Part shown: positions 10,739 to 21,539 of the stretch, piece by piece
Position numbering within the stretch: position 1 is the first letter of the stretch
Layout: each line of letters begins with the position of its first letter
Assembly: GCA_963705255.1 (NCBI GenBank)
Contig: OY970061.1
Span: 640,001-704,000, forward strand
DNA length: 64,000 bases
From: an uncultured Methanoregulaceae archaeon
GTDB lineage: Archaea > Halobacteriota > Methanomicrobia > Methanomicrobiales > Methanospirillaceae
Direction: 5' to 3'
Program-made: the position numbers and the translations under genes
The notes under the pieces: model-generated
What the model was told of the DNA's origin: nothing
Databases searched by the model: none
What the model saw: the letters and a program-made list of their open reading frames with translations, nothing else

Positions 10739-12133
10739 TCACGGATCCTCGAGCTTCTTGAGAGCCTGCACGAGCTTCCCGACAGACTCCTGCGCGTCGC
10801 CGTAGAGCATCCGCGTATTGTCCCGGTAGAACAGGTCGTTCTCGATCCCGGCGAAGCCCTTCCCCTGGCCGCGCTTGAGGACGATGACGTTCTTCGCCTG
10901 ATCTACATCGAGGATTGGCATGCCGAAGAGCGGGCTGCCCTGACGGTGCGCCGCCGGGTTGACGACGTCGTTGGCCCCAATGACGAGGACGAGATCGGTG
11001 CCCGGGAACTCCGGGTTCACCTCGTCCCGGTCGAAAAGATGGTCGTAGGAGACTCCTGCCTCGGCGAGCAGGACGTTCATGTGCCCGGGCATCCGCCCGG
11101 CAACCGGGTGGATCGCGAACTTCACCCGGATGTCCTTGCTCTCGAGCAGGTCGGTCAGCTCCTTGACTTTCTGCTGGGCCTGGGCGACCGCCATGCCGTA
11201 ACCGGGAGCAATGATCACTTTGTTCGCGTAGGCGAGCATGACCGCGACGTCGTCGGCCTCGATCGACTTCATACTGCCTTGGATCTGCATCCATTTCTCC
11301 TCCGTCGCGCCGAACGCGCCGAAGAAGACATTCGGGAGCGAGCGGTTCATCGCCCGCGCCATATTGAGCGTGAGCAGCGAACCCGCGGCGCCGACAATGA
11401 TGCCCGCGACGACCATCGCATAGTTTGGGGTAGCAAACGAAAACCCGTCGAGTGCGACGGCGAGCCCGGTGAAAGCATTGTACATCGAGATCACGACGGG
11501 CATGTCCGCCCCGCCGATCGGAAGCGTCATCAGGAGCCCGAACCCGAGCGAGAGGACGAAGAACAGCGGGAGATACATGGCGACGGTGAGCGGGATCCAC
11601 GACGGCTGAAAGAGGACGAGCACACCGGACACTATGGCGAGGGCCAGGATTGCCATGTTGACGGGCTGCTGACCCGGGAAGGTGATCGGCCGCGGCCGCA
11701 TCCAGCCCTGGAGCTTCAGGAACGCGATGAGGCTCCCTGCAAACGAAACGGCTCCGATGAGGCCGCCAACGACAGCGAGAGAACCGGTTGTGGCGGTGGT
11801 GGTGCCGAGGAGTGCAACAGCCGAGATCCCGGCCGCCGCGCCGCCGCCCATGCCATTGTAGAGCGCGACCATCTGGGGCATGCCCGTCATTGCGACGCGC
11901 TTCGCCACGATATAGCCGAAGCCCCCGCCGATGACAATCGCGATAGCCATCAGGGTAAAGTTGGTGAGGCCCGGGGTAAGGAACGTGACGAGGGTCGCGA
12001 TCAGCATTGCGGCGCCTGCCCAGACGATCCCGCTCCGGGCAGTGAGCGGGTGGCTCATCCTCTGCAGGCCCACGATGAAGAAGAAGATCGTCGCAATATA
12101 AATCGGGTCGATCATCCAGGAGAGGTCCACCAT
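10739..12133 (-). CDS. pntB: NAD(P)+ transhydrogenase beta subunit
   Basis: MPQMVALYNGMGG, PIGGADMPVVIS, PGYGMAVAQAQ, IHPVAGRMPGHMNVLLAEA and GANDVVNP motifs. Confidence 0.97.
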   Translation of the reverse strand: MVDLSWMIDPIYIATIFFFIVGLQRMSHPLTARSGIVWAGAAMLIATLVTFLTPGLTNFTLMAIAIVIGGGFGYIVAKRVAMTGMPQMVALYNGMGGGAAAGISAVALLGTTTATTGSLAVVGGLIGAVSFAGSLIAFLKLQGWMRPRPITFPGQQPVNMAILALAIVSGVLVLFQPSWIPLTVAMYLPLFFVLSLGFGLLMTLPIGGADMPVVISMYNAFTGLAVALDGFSFATPNYAMVVAGIIVGAAGSLLTLNMARAMNRSLPNVFFGAFGATEEKWMQIQGSMKSIEADDVAVMLAYANKVIIAPGYGMAVAQAQQKVKELTDLLESKDIRVKFAIHPVAGRMPGHMNVLLAEAGVSYDHLFDRDEVNPEFPGTDLVLVIGANDVVNPAAHRQGSPLFGMPILDVDQAKNVIVLKRGQGKGFAGIENDLFYRDNTRMLYGDAQESVGKLVQALKKLEDP

Positions 12134-12134
12134 C

Positions 12135-12446
12135 TCAGGCCCCCTTGCCGGGCTTCTTCCCGCTGCGGTCGAACATCTGGAGGATCCGCTCCGTGACTAC
12201 GTAGCCGCCGATGACGTTCGCCGCGCCGAGGATGACCGCGACAAAGCCGATAGCCTGCTCCAGGGGCGTTGCAGCGAGACCGAGCGCGACCATTGCTCCG
12301 ACCAGCACGATCCCGTGGATAAAATTCGAGCCGCTCATCAGTGGCGTGTGGAGGATGACGGGGACCCGGCTGATGACTACGTAGCCGGTGAACGCGGCCA
12401 GCATCGCGATGTAGACCGCGGTCCAGAGTGTGGTCATGCCACTCAT
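12135..12446 (-). CDS. pntAB: NAD(P)+ transhydrogenase alpha subunit part 2 (membrane)
   Basis: LHTPLMSGSNFIHGI and NVIGGYVVTERILQMF motifs. Confidence 0.95.
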   Translation of the reverse strand: MSGMTTLWTAVYIAMLAAFTGYVVISRVPVILHTPLMSGSNFIHGIVLVGAMVALGLAATPLEQAIGFVAVILGAANVIGGYVVTERILQMFDRSGKKPGKGA

Positions 12447-13586
12447 GGCTTCACTCCGCTCAGCAGTTCGCGTGTCGGCTTATGAAGCACCTCGCCCGCG
12501 TGGACCAGGAGGCTCGCGGCAAGGATCTCGTCGGTGAACTCCTCCGTGATCGCTCCTTCCTTGTCGAGGAGGAGTGCAAGGAACGACTGGAGGTTCTTTG
12601 CGTACATCTGGCTCGCGTGGAACGGTACCCGAGACGGCAGGTTCTGCGGGCCCAAGATCGTGATGCCGTGCACATGGACGGTCTTCCCTGCCTGAGTCAG
12701 CTCGCAGTTGCCACCCGATTCGGCGGCCAGATCGACGATGACGGCACCCGGCCTCATCGTCGCGACAGTCTCCCTGGTAATAAGGAGGGGGGCCTTCCGG
12801 CCGGGGATGGCCGCTGTCGTGATGACGATGTCGGCCCTCGCGACGGCGGCGGAGACCATCTGCTGCTCCTTCTCCTTCTCCTCGGGTGTGAGCTCGCGGG
12901 CGTAGCCACCCTGGCTTTCTGCATCGATCTCGAGCTCGAGGAACTTCGCTCCAAGGCTCCTGACCTGCTCCCCCGCGGCGCGCCGGACGTCGTAGGCCTC
13001 GACGATGGCACCGAGCCGCTTTGCCGTGGCGATCGCCATGAGGCCGGCAACACCCGCACCCAGGATGAGCACGGTTGCCGGTCGTATCGTGCCCGCGGCC
13101 GTCGTCAGCATCGGGAGGAACTTCGGGCAGTTCCCGGCGCCCAGGATGGCTGCCGTGTACCCGGCAGCCGTTGCCTGGGAACTGAGTGCATCCATGCTCT
13201 GGGCGCGGGTGATCCGCGGGACGAGTTCAAGGGCAAAGGCGGTGATCCTCCGGTCGCGCATCCGGGCGACGGCTTCAAGGTTGTTCGTCGCGTTCATGAA
13301 CCCGATGACGATCGTACCCCCGGCGAGCTGATCGACCTCGGCGACGGTCGGGGGCTGGACACGCAGCATGATCCGGGCGCCGTCCAGCAGGTCTGTCCGG
13401 CTGGTTACGATCTTCGCACCGGCAGCCGTGAAGAGTTCGTCAGGGTAGTACGCGCCTGTTCCCGCGTCATGCTCGACCCGGACCTCGAGACCTGACTTCG
13501 TGAGATTCTGGACAACCTCCGGTACCTGTCGCCACGCGCTGTTCCCCCAGGGCCAGCTCTTTTGGAACGGCGACCACGACCGGCAT
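12443..13586 (-). CDS. pntAA: NAD(P)+ transhydrogenase alpha subunit part 1; apparent frameshift near 13530
   Basis: The N-terminus MPVVVAVPKE...EQRVA (in ORF 13467..13664) joins VPEVV...RITRAQSMDALSSQ, GAGVAGL, IPGRKAP and DLAAESGGNC in ORF 12443..13630. Confidence 0.93.
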
Positions 13587-13742
13587 TGCGGTCGGGCCTT
13601 TCGGACCTGTCGGGATTGTACCCTTTTCATCCTGTGCGGCGATGGGGGTACTCACAATTCCCACCTCGCTTGATCGGTTTTTTCGATACGGGACAACCTT
13701 TTCACTCCATGGATAATCTGCAATGTATCGTACCAGTTGAAC

Positions 13743-15372
13743 CTAGACCCTTTTTATTTTACGCACGCGTACGGCTACACCGCGGCGGGACCGGGCCATC
13801 TCCTCCGTCGGGAGGGCAGCACGACCGGTAGCAACGGCCCGCGCGCCCGTGACCAGCACTTCGTCACCGACCCGTATGCCCGGGTCAGCCCGGGTGACGC
13901 CCGGGACGAGTACGTCCCCTTCCGGGATGAAGTCGTCAATGTATACCCGGTATCCTTCCGGGATGAGGTCCCACCCGTCAAAGGTGGGGCGGAGCAGGCC
14001 TGTGCCGGTGTCGATAGAGAAGAGCTGGGTCAAGCCCCTGCTGTAGAACAATTCCGGGAAATGCCCCCTGAGGGATATCCCTCTCGTATCAATGTCGCAG
14101 TTAAACTGGTACAAAACCATGCCGTGCAGCCGGTCATCCTTGATCCTGTGTTCTCCCGCAAGTGCTGAATCGAGAGCATTGAGAGCCTTCGCACCGGTAA
14201 GGTGTTCAGTACCCGGAATATTCAAGGGTTATCCCACACGCAACGGCGGCTGCCCTCACGACCGCGAGCGCCCCGCCGTCGAGATGGGCAATGATGCGCC
14301 GGTTATGGTGACGTTCGAAGTACCGGGCGAGGATACCGGCGATTACTGCCCGTTCTTCCGCGTCCCAGTAACCGGTGACCGGAACATCGTAATGCCCCGC
14401 CGGGTAGACACATTCCAGTTCCCGCGGCACGAGCCCGAGCGGGGAGGTGACGATCAGCTCGTGGGCACGGCCCCCGACAGCCTGCTGGAATTTCCGGTGG
14501 CTCTGCGAAAGGGAATAGGGTTTTTTTGCCGAACAGGGGAGGAGAACTGCGACATCCGTCTTCGGGGGGATGTACCGGGTCAGTACCCGTTCCGCAAACC
14601 GGCGGACTTCGGCCCGCTGGATGGACTCTCCCGAGTTGGCCCGCATGACCCCGCTGCGAGCGATGGGGAGGTGCTGCTCCATGAACGGGTAGTGATTATC
14701 GAGATGGCGCAGAATGGCGACCTGATTGGCATCGAGCCGGCAGCGGGACTCGACAAGGTCCCTCAACATTCCGGCCTCGATAAACCGGGCTGCGAGAGCG
14801 ACTTCCCTGCAGAGGGCCTCGCGATTGTGTTCCCGGAGATCACCGTTCCGGCACCCGGCACACGAACAGGTCCCGCTTTTCTGCATACCGGCAGGGAATT
14901 CACCTTCGGGAATACAGAAGAGATCCTGTGCGGATCTCAGGTCAACCGCCCGGTAGTCGAACAGGTCAAACCCCGAATAACAGAGGGTGGCCACGTTTGA
15001 CGGGAGCGCAGCGGCCGGGGCATACCATGCCGTGTCGGCAGGTGTCTTCTCCTTGAGCCCGACAAGCCAGTCGACATAACTCCGGGGGTTGGCAAATGCG
15101 ATATGCCAGCCTGCGACCATGACACAGTCGCCGCTCTGCGCCCGGTTGTCAAGGAAGGGGTGGACCTGCACTGGCTGTCCTGATCCAAGCGGAGGATACG
15201 CCTGAACAAGGTGTGCCGGGGCACAGAGCGGGAGGTTTGTCCCCGAAAGGGAACGAAGGGCCGGGAACAGGTCCTCACAGTCGGCTGCAGCAGGAAGAGG
15301 TTGTCTGGCCCCGTCCAGTTCAAGGGTGGCGGTACGGGCGAGCCCGTCCCGTTTCCGGATGTTATACCGCAT
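13743..15372 (-). CDS. arcS: Archaeosine synthase subunit alpha with C-terminal PUA domain; apparent frameshift near 14212
   Basis: [26 protein letters not shown] and [10 protein letters not shown] motifs. The PUA domain ([18 protein letters not shown]...GVAVRVRK) lies in ORF 13743..14225. Directly downstream of tgtA. Confidence 0.9.
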
Positions 15373-16816
15373 TATACAGCACCTCGATCTCTCCCAGTTC
15401 CTTACGGACTACGGGTTCCCATCTCGCGCTGCAGGAGACTGCAATCCTGCTGCCGGGATGGGTTGAGCAGAGCAAACGAACCCCTTGGCATCCCTGGCGA
15501 ACCATCGGTTCATCCCATTCCGGGACCTCGCTTGGCCCGATCGGGAATGTCTCCCCGAGCTCGCGGGGGTAGGGGCCGAACGGGGGACGGAAGAGCAGGG
15601 TATCTTTGAACCCTTCAATCTCATTGCCGTCGAACGAGACCAGGACGGTGTCTTCAAGTCTCAGGCGGGAAAGCATCTGCTGGTAGTGCAGCACTTCGGT
15701 TCTCGCGCAACTCTCGTCGCCCCGGTAGAAGAACCGGCGCTTGGTGACCCGGTCGTGCAGTTCAAGGGACGGCACATGCCCGAGCAGGGCCCGGTAACCG
15801 GAGAGCAGCTGCGGGTGACCGCGGCAGCGCTCGTCCACCAGCTCCCAGAGCGTGCCGTCAACGATGGCCTGCCGGATCCGGGAGATCTCGGCGAGGGTCA
15901 CGTACAGGTTATGGAGTGCGAGCAGGCGTTCCCGGTCCGGGGCGGTGCGGAGCTTTTCGGCAGTATACGTACGACATACTGAACAGGCGCAGGGGAGATC
16001 GGCCAGTTCGTCCAGCCGGAAGCTCCCGTGAACGGTCAGGTACCGCCCGGCTTTCGCGTAAATGGCATAGGCCGCCGAATCGAACAGGTCGCAACCCATC
16101 GCGGTGGCAAGCGCGAACATCGACGGGTGGCCGGCGCCAAACAGGTGGGTGCAGGCAGCCGGGGAGAGGGTTCGTTTGGCTGCCATGACCACGCTGACAA
16201 GGTCGCGGTAGCGGTACGATTCCATGAGCGGGACCACGGCCCCGATCGGGCAGAACCAAAACCCCATGCCGGACACATCCCGCCCCGCCTGTTCCCGAAG
16301 GTCTTCAAAGATACCGCCCTGTACCGGTCCGGCGATCGGGGCATCCCTGCCGAAGACCTCCCGTGCCTCGGCCAGCCGCCGCAGGGTAACTGCCAGTTCC
16401 TGTTCCGCTGTCTCCCGGTCGGAGGCCGGCGATGTGGGAATATCGAGCGGCACCCAGATGTCGCTTCCGATATCCCGCTGGAATGCCAGGGTCCCGGTGC
16501 TGGTGATGGAAACCTGCCCGTAGACCGAGAGCTGGAACGAACCGGAATCGGTCATGATCACGCCGTCGAACCCAAGGACCTTATGCAACCCCTCGGTCAG
16601 GGCACGTTCGCGGAACTGCCTGCTCTGGGAGATGATGTAGGCGTTGGTGATGATCGCCTCAACGCCCATCTCCTGAATCTCATGCGGGGTTACCAGCTGG
16701 AGGTGGGGGTTGATCACCGGGAGGAGCGCAGGAGTCCTGACCGTCTTTTTCCCTATTGTCAGTTTCCCGCAGCGCCCTCCGATATCGCTGTACAGGCTTT
16801 CAAATGCAATTGCCAT
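15362..16816 (-). CDS. tgtA: tRNA-guanine(15) transglycosylase (ArcTGT)
   Basis: [35 protein letters not shown], and a CxCxxC...HNL zinc site. Confidence 0.95.
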   Translation of the reverse strand: MAIAFESLYSDIGGRCGKLTIGKKTVRTPALLPVINPHLQLVTPHEIQEMGVEAIITNAYIISQSRQFRERALTEGLHKVLGFDGVIMTDSGSFQLSVYGQVSITSTGTLAFQRDIGSDIWVPLDIPTSPASDRETAEQELAVTLRRLAEAREVFGRDAPIAGPVQGGIFEDLREQAGRDVSGMGFWFCPIGAVVPLMESYRYRDLVSVVMAAKRTLSPAACTHLFGAGHPSMFALATAMGCDLFDSAAYAIYAKAGRYLTVHGSFRLDELADLPCACSVCRTYTAEKLRTAPDRERLLALHNLYVTLAEISRIRQAIVDGTLWELVDERCRGHPQLLSGYRALLGHVPSLELHDRVTKRRFFYRGDESCARTEVLHYQQMLSRLRLEDTVLVSFDGNEIEGFKDTLLFRPPFGPYPRELGETFPIGPSEVPEWDEPMVRQGCQGVRLLCSTHPGSRIAVSCSARWEPVVRKELGEIEVLYNAV

Positions 16817-16871
16817 GCCGCACCGTAGTGTCCCTTTCTATGTGCTGTGTTCAGGTTAAACGGTTGCGCCT

Positions 16872-17435
16872 TCAGATATGCTCGGTAAAGATCTGGCCTT
16901 CGAACGTGAGCACTTCGACATGCGGGGATTTCCAGCAGCCGGTGGAGAGTCCTGCTTTCGTACAGGTATGATCGAGGAATGTTTTTGCGTCCCAGGAGTA
17001 TTCAGTTGCTACCTGAGGGAGCAGGAGGTCGCTCGTACCCATGCCCCGGATGATAAGCCCGTGTTTTCCCACGACCACCCGGCCCGGACGCTGCTCCGGC
17101 GTTCCTTCGAGGCATTCCGGGACGCTCAGGATGGTCACTTCAATCCGTATCCCCGGCAGTTCTTCTTTCCGCACCGGTGGGAAGCGGGGGTCTTCGAGCG
17201 CAGCTGCCGCCCCGGCATGTTCGATGGCATCACCCAGCGGCATCACCGGGTAGGGGAGCCCGATGCAGCCGCGGAGACAGCTATTCTCGGTCAGGGTGAC
17301 GAACACTCCTCGTTTTTCACCAAAGACCGGTGCGGAATCCCGTGCCGGTCTGGGTTTTTTTGCAACTGCATGTTCAACAGCACCGCGTGCCAGACGCAGT
17401 GCAGCCATCCCCTCGTCACTGGATAACATGGCCAT
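16872..17435 (-). CDS. AMMECR1-domain protein (TIGR00296-like)
   Basis: RGVFVTL, LRGCIG, DPRFPPV, EVTILS, LLLPQVA and C.KAGL motifs. Confidence 0.92.
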   Translation of the reverse strand: MAMLSSDEGMAALRLARGAVEHAVAKKPRPARDSAPVFGEKRGVFVTLTENSCLRGCIGLPYPVMPLGDAIEHAGAAAALEDPRFPPVRKEELPGIRIEVTILSVPECLEGTPEQRPGRVVVGKHGLIIRGMGTSDLLLPQVATEYSWDAKTFLDHTCTKAGLSTGCWKSPHVEVLTFEGQIFTEHI

Positions 17436-17560
17436 TACCCTTTGCCTGTCACTGTCTATAGTGCACCTTGTTTAACAATCTATCGAACCCGTACATCCGG
17501 CTCATCCCCCCCCCCCGCACCAGCGCTGGCCTTATCTTCTTACCGAACCCATGATTACAG

Positions 17561-17899
17561 GAGAGGGAGAGAGCGGCCGACGGTGACTTGCAGAGTCGCT
17601 GAGGAAAGTCCTCCCACCCACCGGTCACGCAGCCGTACGCAAGTACGGGTGGCGAGAGTCACGGCAATGGCACAGAAACGACACGGCCTGTTTTCAGTGA
17701 TGATGCGGAGAAAGCCCCCAAGGCATGAAGCAGGGTTCCCCTGCGAGTAACCCGTTGAGCGCTCACAGACAGGAATCGGTGAAACGGCGAACCCCTGCGG
17801 GTGCAAGCCAGAACAGGACTATGGATCGTCCGGTATCCGTCCGGGTATGGCGCATAGCTGAATGCCGCTGGAACAGAAGGAGGCTTACTCCTCCCACTC
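17561..17899 (+). ncRNA. rnpB: Archaeal RNase P RNA
   Basis: Universal elements GAGGAAAGTCC, ACAGAAAC, GGTGAAACGG..AACCCC, GTGCAAG and AACAGAA...GGCTTAC. The 5' GAGAGGGAG pairs with the 3' CTCCCACTC. Confidence 0.95.
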
Positions 17900-18079
17900 G
17901 TTTACCCGAATGCTCTTGTACAGCCTTTCGGATCTTTCTTGAAACATGCGTAAACGAACGCTTTCCCCTAGGTCTGCTATTCTCACCGTGGTGATTGGTG
18001 GTAACAGGACACTCTCACGTTCAGGAAGCTACATCTATTCGCGGATCATCAGGTACCGGATAACTGCAGGAAGATTCCC

Positions 18080-19126
18080 ATGAAACCGTCAGTATATTTA
18101 CCCGATGGCAGGGTCCGGGCACTCGCCCTTGTGGCGGGTATCGCCTTCCTCCTGATCGTGCCATCAACCGCCCTGGATCTCTCCCCGGGTTCACCCCAGA
18201 CATCACTTCCGACGATATCCCAGGGGGATCCCGTGTATATCCATGGGATTGCCACCGGGCACCCGTCCAACGGGCTTCAGATCTGGCTGATAGGTACGAA
18301 CTACGTAAAAATTGACAATGTCATGGTGAATGACGACAATACTTACACGTACGAACTGAAATCTGCGGACACCCGGAACCTGGCTTCCGGCCAGTATGTT
18401 ATGCTCATCCAGCACCCGATGATGAACGGGCAGTTCGATATAACCTACGATCCGGCAACCGGTAAGGTGATCAACCGGCAGACCGGGATCGCAATCTTCC
18501 AGCTCACCGGGGCCGGAAGCCTCCAGAGCCCCTATTCAGCCGCTGCCCTCATGCAGGCCATAAACAGCCAGAATGTTGACGATACATTTGCATCGGTCAC
18601 CTTCAGTATCGGGAACCCCAGCACGTTTATCAACCCTGTCGGAGAACACATGACCGGCGACCAGTTCACGATTGGCGGTTCCACGAATCTCGCCGCAGGT
18701 GACAACCTCCTGGTTCAGGTCACTTCGTCCTCGTTCTACCCGACAAAAAAAACCCGGCCGTCCGGTGTCAGCGGAGCTTCCGGCATGGTCACGGTGATCC
18801 AGGGATCGGAGGGGTATAATCAGTGGTCGTTCAAGGTGAATACTACCGGCTGGACTCCGGATGAATACCTTGTGCAGGTCTCGGGTATAACCGTGGCTGT
18901 CACCGGGTCGGCAACATTCAACCTCCTTCCTCAGATACCGGTAGCCAATGTCTCTGTCACTCCTGCAGTCCCTGCAACACCGATAACAGTGACCACAATC
19001 CCGGCTGTTGTGAATCTCACGACCGCGAACTATCCCCCCGCGACAAAAAAGGCACCCGTTTCCGCTTTGGCCTGCATCGGTGCATGTGCAGGTGCGGCAA
19101 TCGTTCTGCGGATGAAAAAGAGATAA
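18080..19126 (+). CDS. Secreted/cell-surface protein (DUF3821-like) with Thr/Pro linker and C-terminal membrane anchor
   Basis: Signal peptide, beta-rich body, TPAVPATP linker, then TKKAP, a hydrophobic segment and a basic tail. Confidence 0.7.
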   Translation: MKPSVYLPDGRVRALALVAGIAFLLIVPSTALDLSPGSPQTSLPTISQGDPVYIHGIATGHPSNGLQIWLIGTNYVKIDNVMVNDDNTYTYELKSADTRNLASGQYVMLIQHPMMNGQFDITYDPATGKVINRQTGIAIFQLTGAGSLQSPYSAAALMQAINSQNVDDTFASVTFSIGNPSTFINPVGEHMTGDQFTIGGSTNLAAGDNLLVQVTSSSFYPTKKTRPSGVSGASGMVTVIQGSEGYNQWSFKVNTTGWTPDEYLVQVSGITVAVTGSATFNLLPQIPVANVSVTPAVPATPITVTTIPAVVNLTTANYPPATKKAPVSALACIGACAGAAIVLRMKKR

Positions 19127-19136
19127 ATCCCGTCTT

Positions 19137-20567
19137 TTACCAGCCCAAGAACAAGGTCTTGGTCCGGGAATACTGCTCGAGCGCGTGGCTTCCGTTCTCC
19201 CTGCCAATGCCGCTTTCGCTCACGCCCCCGAACGGAATCTCCGGGGGAACCGTGAGGTGGCGGTTGACCCAGATGATCCCGGCATGCACATTGTCAAATA
19301 CTTTCCGGACGGTATGGATATTGGCAGTCCAGACTGAGGCCCCGAGGCCGAACCGGGTGGTATTGGCTTCCTGAATAGCGGCGTCGAGGTCCGGTACCGT
19401 CATGACCGGCAGGACCGGGCCGAATACTTCCTCCGTCAGCAGCCGTGAACGCCCGGAGACATCAGAAACCAGGGTCGGGCGGTAAAAAAATCCCGCTTCA
19501 TACGCTTTTCCCGTGAGTGGGCAGCCACCGGAAAGGACGGTGCCGTCATTATTCTCATGGGTTTCTTCAACCAGCCGGGCGATGCGTTCCCGCTGGACCG
19601 CACTGTTCAGGGGCCCCATCTCCGTTTTCGGGCCAAGGCCGTTTCCGACATTCAATGCATCGATGCGAGATTTCAGTTTCCGGAGAAACGTCCCGGCAAC
19701 CTTTTCGTGGACGTACAGGCGCTTGACTGCAGTACAGGTTTGCCCGGCGTTGTAGAATCTGCCCCTGATCGCTCCTTCTACTGCCTTGTCAATATGGGCA
19801 TCGTCCATAACGATCATGGGATCCGAACCCCCCAGTTCGAGTGTCAGCTCTTTTGGGTGGGCCGCGGCGAGTGCCCGTATCTTCCCACCGGTCTCGCTGT
19901 TGCCGGTAAACGAGATCTTCCGCACAAGCGGGTGCCGGACGAGGGCTTCCCCGACCGTCTCTCCCCTCCCGGTAACGACGTTGAGTACTCCCGGCGGAAG
20001 ACCGCTTTCCTCAAGGATCCCTGCCAGGGTGAGGTTTGCGAGGGGGGTTGACGATGCCGGTTTGAGCACGAGGGTATTTCCGGCAAGCAGGGCAGGCCCC
20101 ACTTTCCAGCCCATGATTATCACCGGCATATTCCAGGGGATGATGGCCCCGCAGACACCGAGTGGTTCCCGGGTGACGAGGCAGTCCCCCGCCGGGCCAA
20201 GACGGGACAGCTCTCCGGTCTGGTGGGCAGATATACCTGCATAGAATTCAAGGATGCCGGCAAACCCCCGCACTTCATCGATCGATTCTTTCAGCGGTTT
20301 TCCCTGTTCGGTTGTAAGGAGACGGGCGACATCGCGGTGCCGCTCGCGCACGATCCCTGCGGCACGGAAGAGGATCATCCCCCGTTCCCTGGCGGTTTTC
20401 TGCTTCCAGCCGGCAAATGCTGCCTCTGCTGCCTCAACCGCCCGGTTCACGTCTTCGGAAGACCCGGAGGGAACCCGGTCGACCAGTTCACCGGTCGCCG
20501 GATTTATTACTTCTATCGATGTCCCGTCAAGCGAGCCCGTTCCAGTTCCGCCAATCCTCATCTGCAT
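19137..20567 (-). CDS. NAD(P)-dependent aldehyde dehydrogenase
   Basis: IIPWNMP, KPAS.TP, SFTG, LELGGSDP, NAGQTC, EEVFGPV and PFGG.SESG.GRE motifs. Start placed at MQMRIGG. Confidence 0.93.
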   Translation of the reverse strand: MQMRIGGTGTGSLDGTSIEVINPATGELVDRVPSGSSEDVNRAVEAAEAAFAGWKQKTARERGMILFRAAGIVRERHRDVARLLTTEQGKPLKESIDEVRGFAGILEFYAGISAHQTGELSRLGPAGDCLVTREPLGVCGAIIPWNMPVIIMGWKVGPALLAGNTLVLKPASSTPLANLTLAGILEESGLPPGVLNVVTGRGETVGEALVRHPLVRKISFTGNSETGGKIRALAAAHPKELTLELGGSDPMIVMDDAHIDKAVEGAIRGRFYNAGQTCTAVKRLYVHEKVAGTFLRKLKSRIDALNVGNGLGPKTEMGPLNSAVQRERIARLVEETHENNDGTVLSGGCPLTGKAYEAGFFYRPTLVSDVSGRSRLLTEEVFGPVLPVMTVPDLDAAIQEANTTRFGLGASVWTANIHTVRKVFDNVHAGIIWVNRHLTVPPEIPFGGVSESGIGRENGSHALEQYSRTKTLFLGW

Positions 20568-20739
20568 ATGTCCGTCACCCTTTCCCACCTGTATTTTCAT
20601 ATTGACCTGAACGTTAAAAAACATACAATAGCACTATTCCGGAACGGTTTCCCGGGCCATTCCTCCGGTATTGCCGTCGTGGAATCATTCCTTACGCAAA
20701 GCTATTTCTTGGCAGACTCTGATGTCTGCCTGAGAAGCG

Positions 20740-21207
20740 ATGCCAGATAATCCTGAGGAGTCCCCGGCAATACCCGGGCCGTTGCCACTGATACCGGCTG
20801 TCCCGGCAGAACAATCTCCACCGGAATTACTTCCTGAAGCTTCAGATCTTACTTGGGAGAAGTCCGTTGAGAAATCTGCAAAACCCGTTGCCGTGATGTT
20901 CTATTCCCCCAGCTGCGCGTTCTGTCGCCAGATAGAACCGTATTTCAGGAATTATGCTGCCGAATACCGCGACACCGTTGTCTTTATCCGCCTGAACGTC
21001 ATGACCAGCCCGTGGACTGCCGAACGGTACGGCGTGCGAAGCACCCCCACGTTCAAGTTCTTCTGTGACGGCAAGCCCGTGCAGGAGATGGTCGGCGCCG
21101 TTTATCCGGCGCTTCTGAAAAAGATGGTGGATGAAGTGCTGGTGCATGGCAAGGAATGCGCGAAGAGATCAACATCCATCGATTACGAGATCACCGGATA
21201 TGGATGA
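20740..21207 (+). CDS. Thioredoxin family protein
   Basis: FYSPSCAFC CxxC motif and YGVRSTPTF cis-Pro loop. Confidence 0.88.
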   Translation: MPDNPEESPAIPGPLPLIPAVPAEQSPPELLPEASDLTWEKSVEKSAKPVAVMFYSPSCAFCRQIEPYFRNYAAEYRDTVVFIRLNVMTSPWTAERYGVRSTPTFKFFCDGKPVQEMVGAVYPALLKKMVDEVLVHGKECAKRSTSIDYEITGYG

Positions 21208-21539
21208 ATGCGTTCAGGGTGGCGGGCATCCCGGATGCATTTCAGCAGTGGCCTGAATCCGTCCGGGAGAAGACGGGGGAAGAACGTATCCGGGCGCAAC
21301 CGATGATGAAGGTATCCACTGTACCTGTCCGCAATGTCCTTTGTACACCCTGCCTGCAAAAGGAAAATGGCGAACTCTTCTTTGTATCTCCGGTAAAACC
21401 GGCCTTGTCTTTCGGAGGACCGGGGATGTTCCTGCGGGAATTGCCCGGTTGCGAAGGACTCTGGATGATGTACCACGATCTCTGTCAGAAAGGAAGTGAG
21501 GCAGCCCGCGGTACGAGATGGGGGTCTTGCTGACCTTTT

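Noticed and set aside
17442-17994. ORFs 17442..17750, 17555..17806 and 17725..17994
   Set aside because: They overlap the RNase P RNA gene and have no protein motifs.
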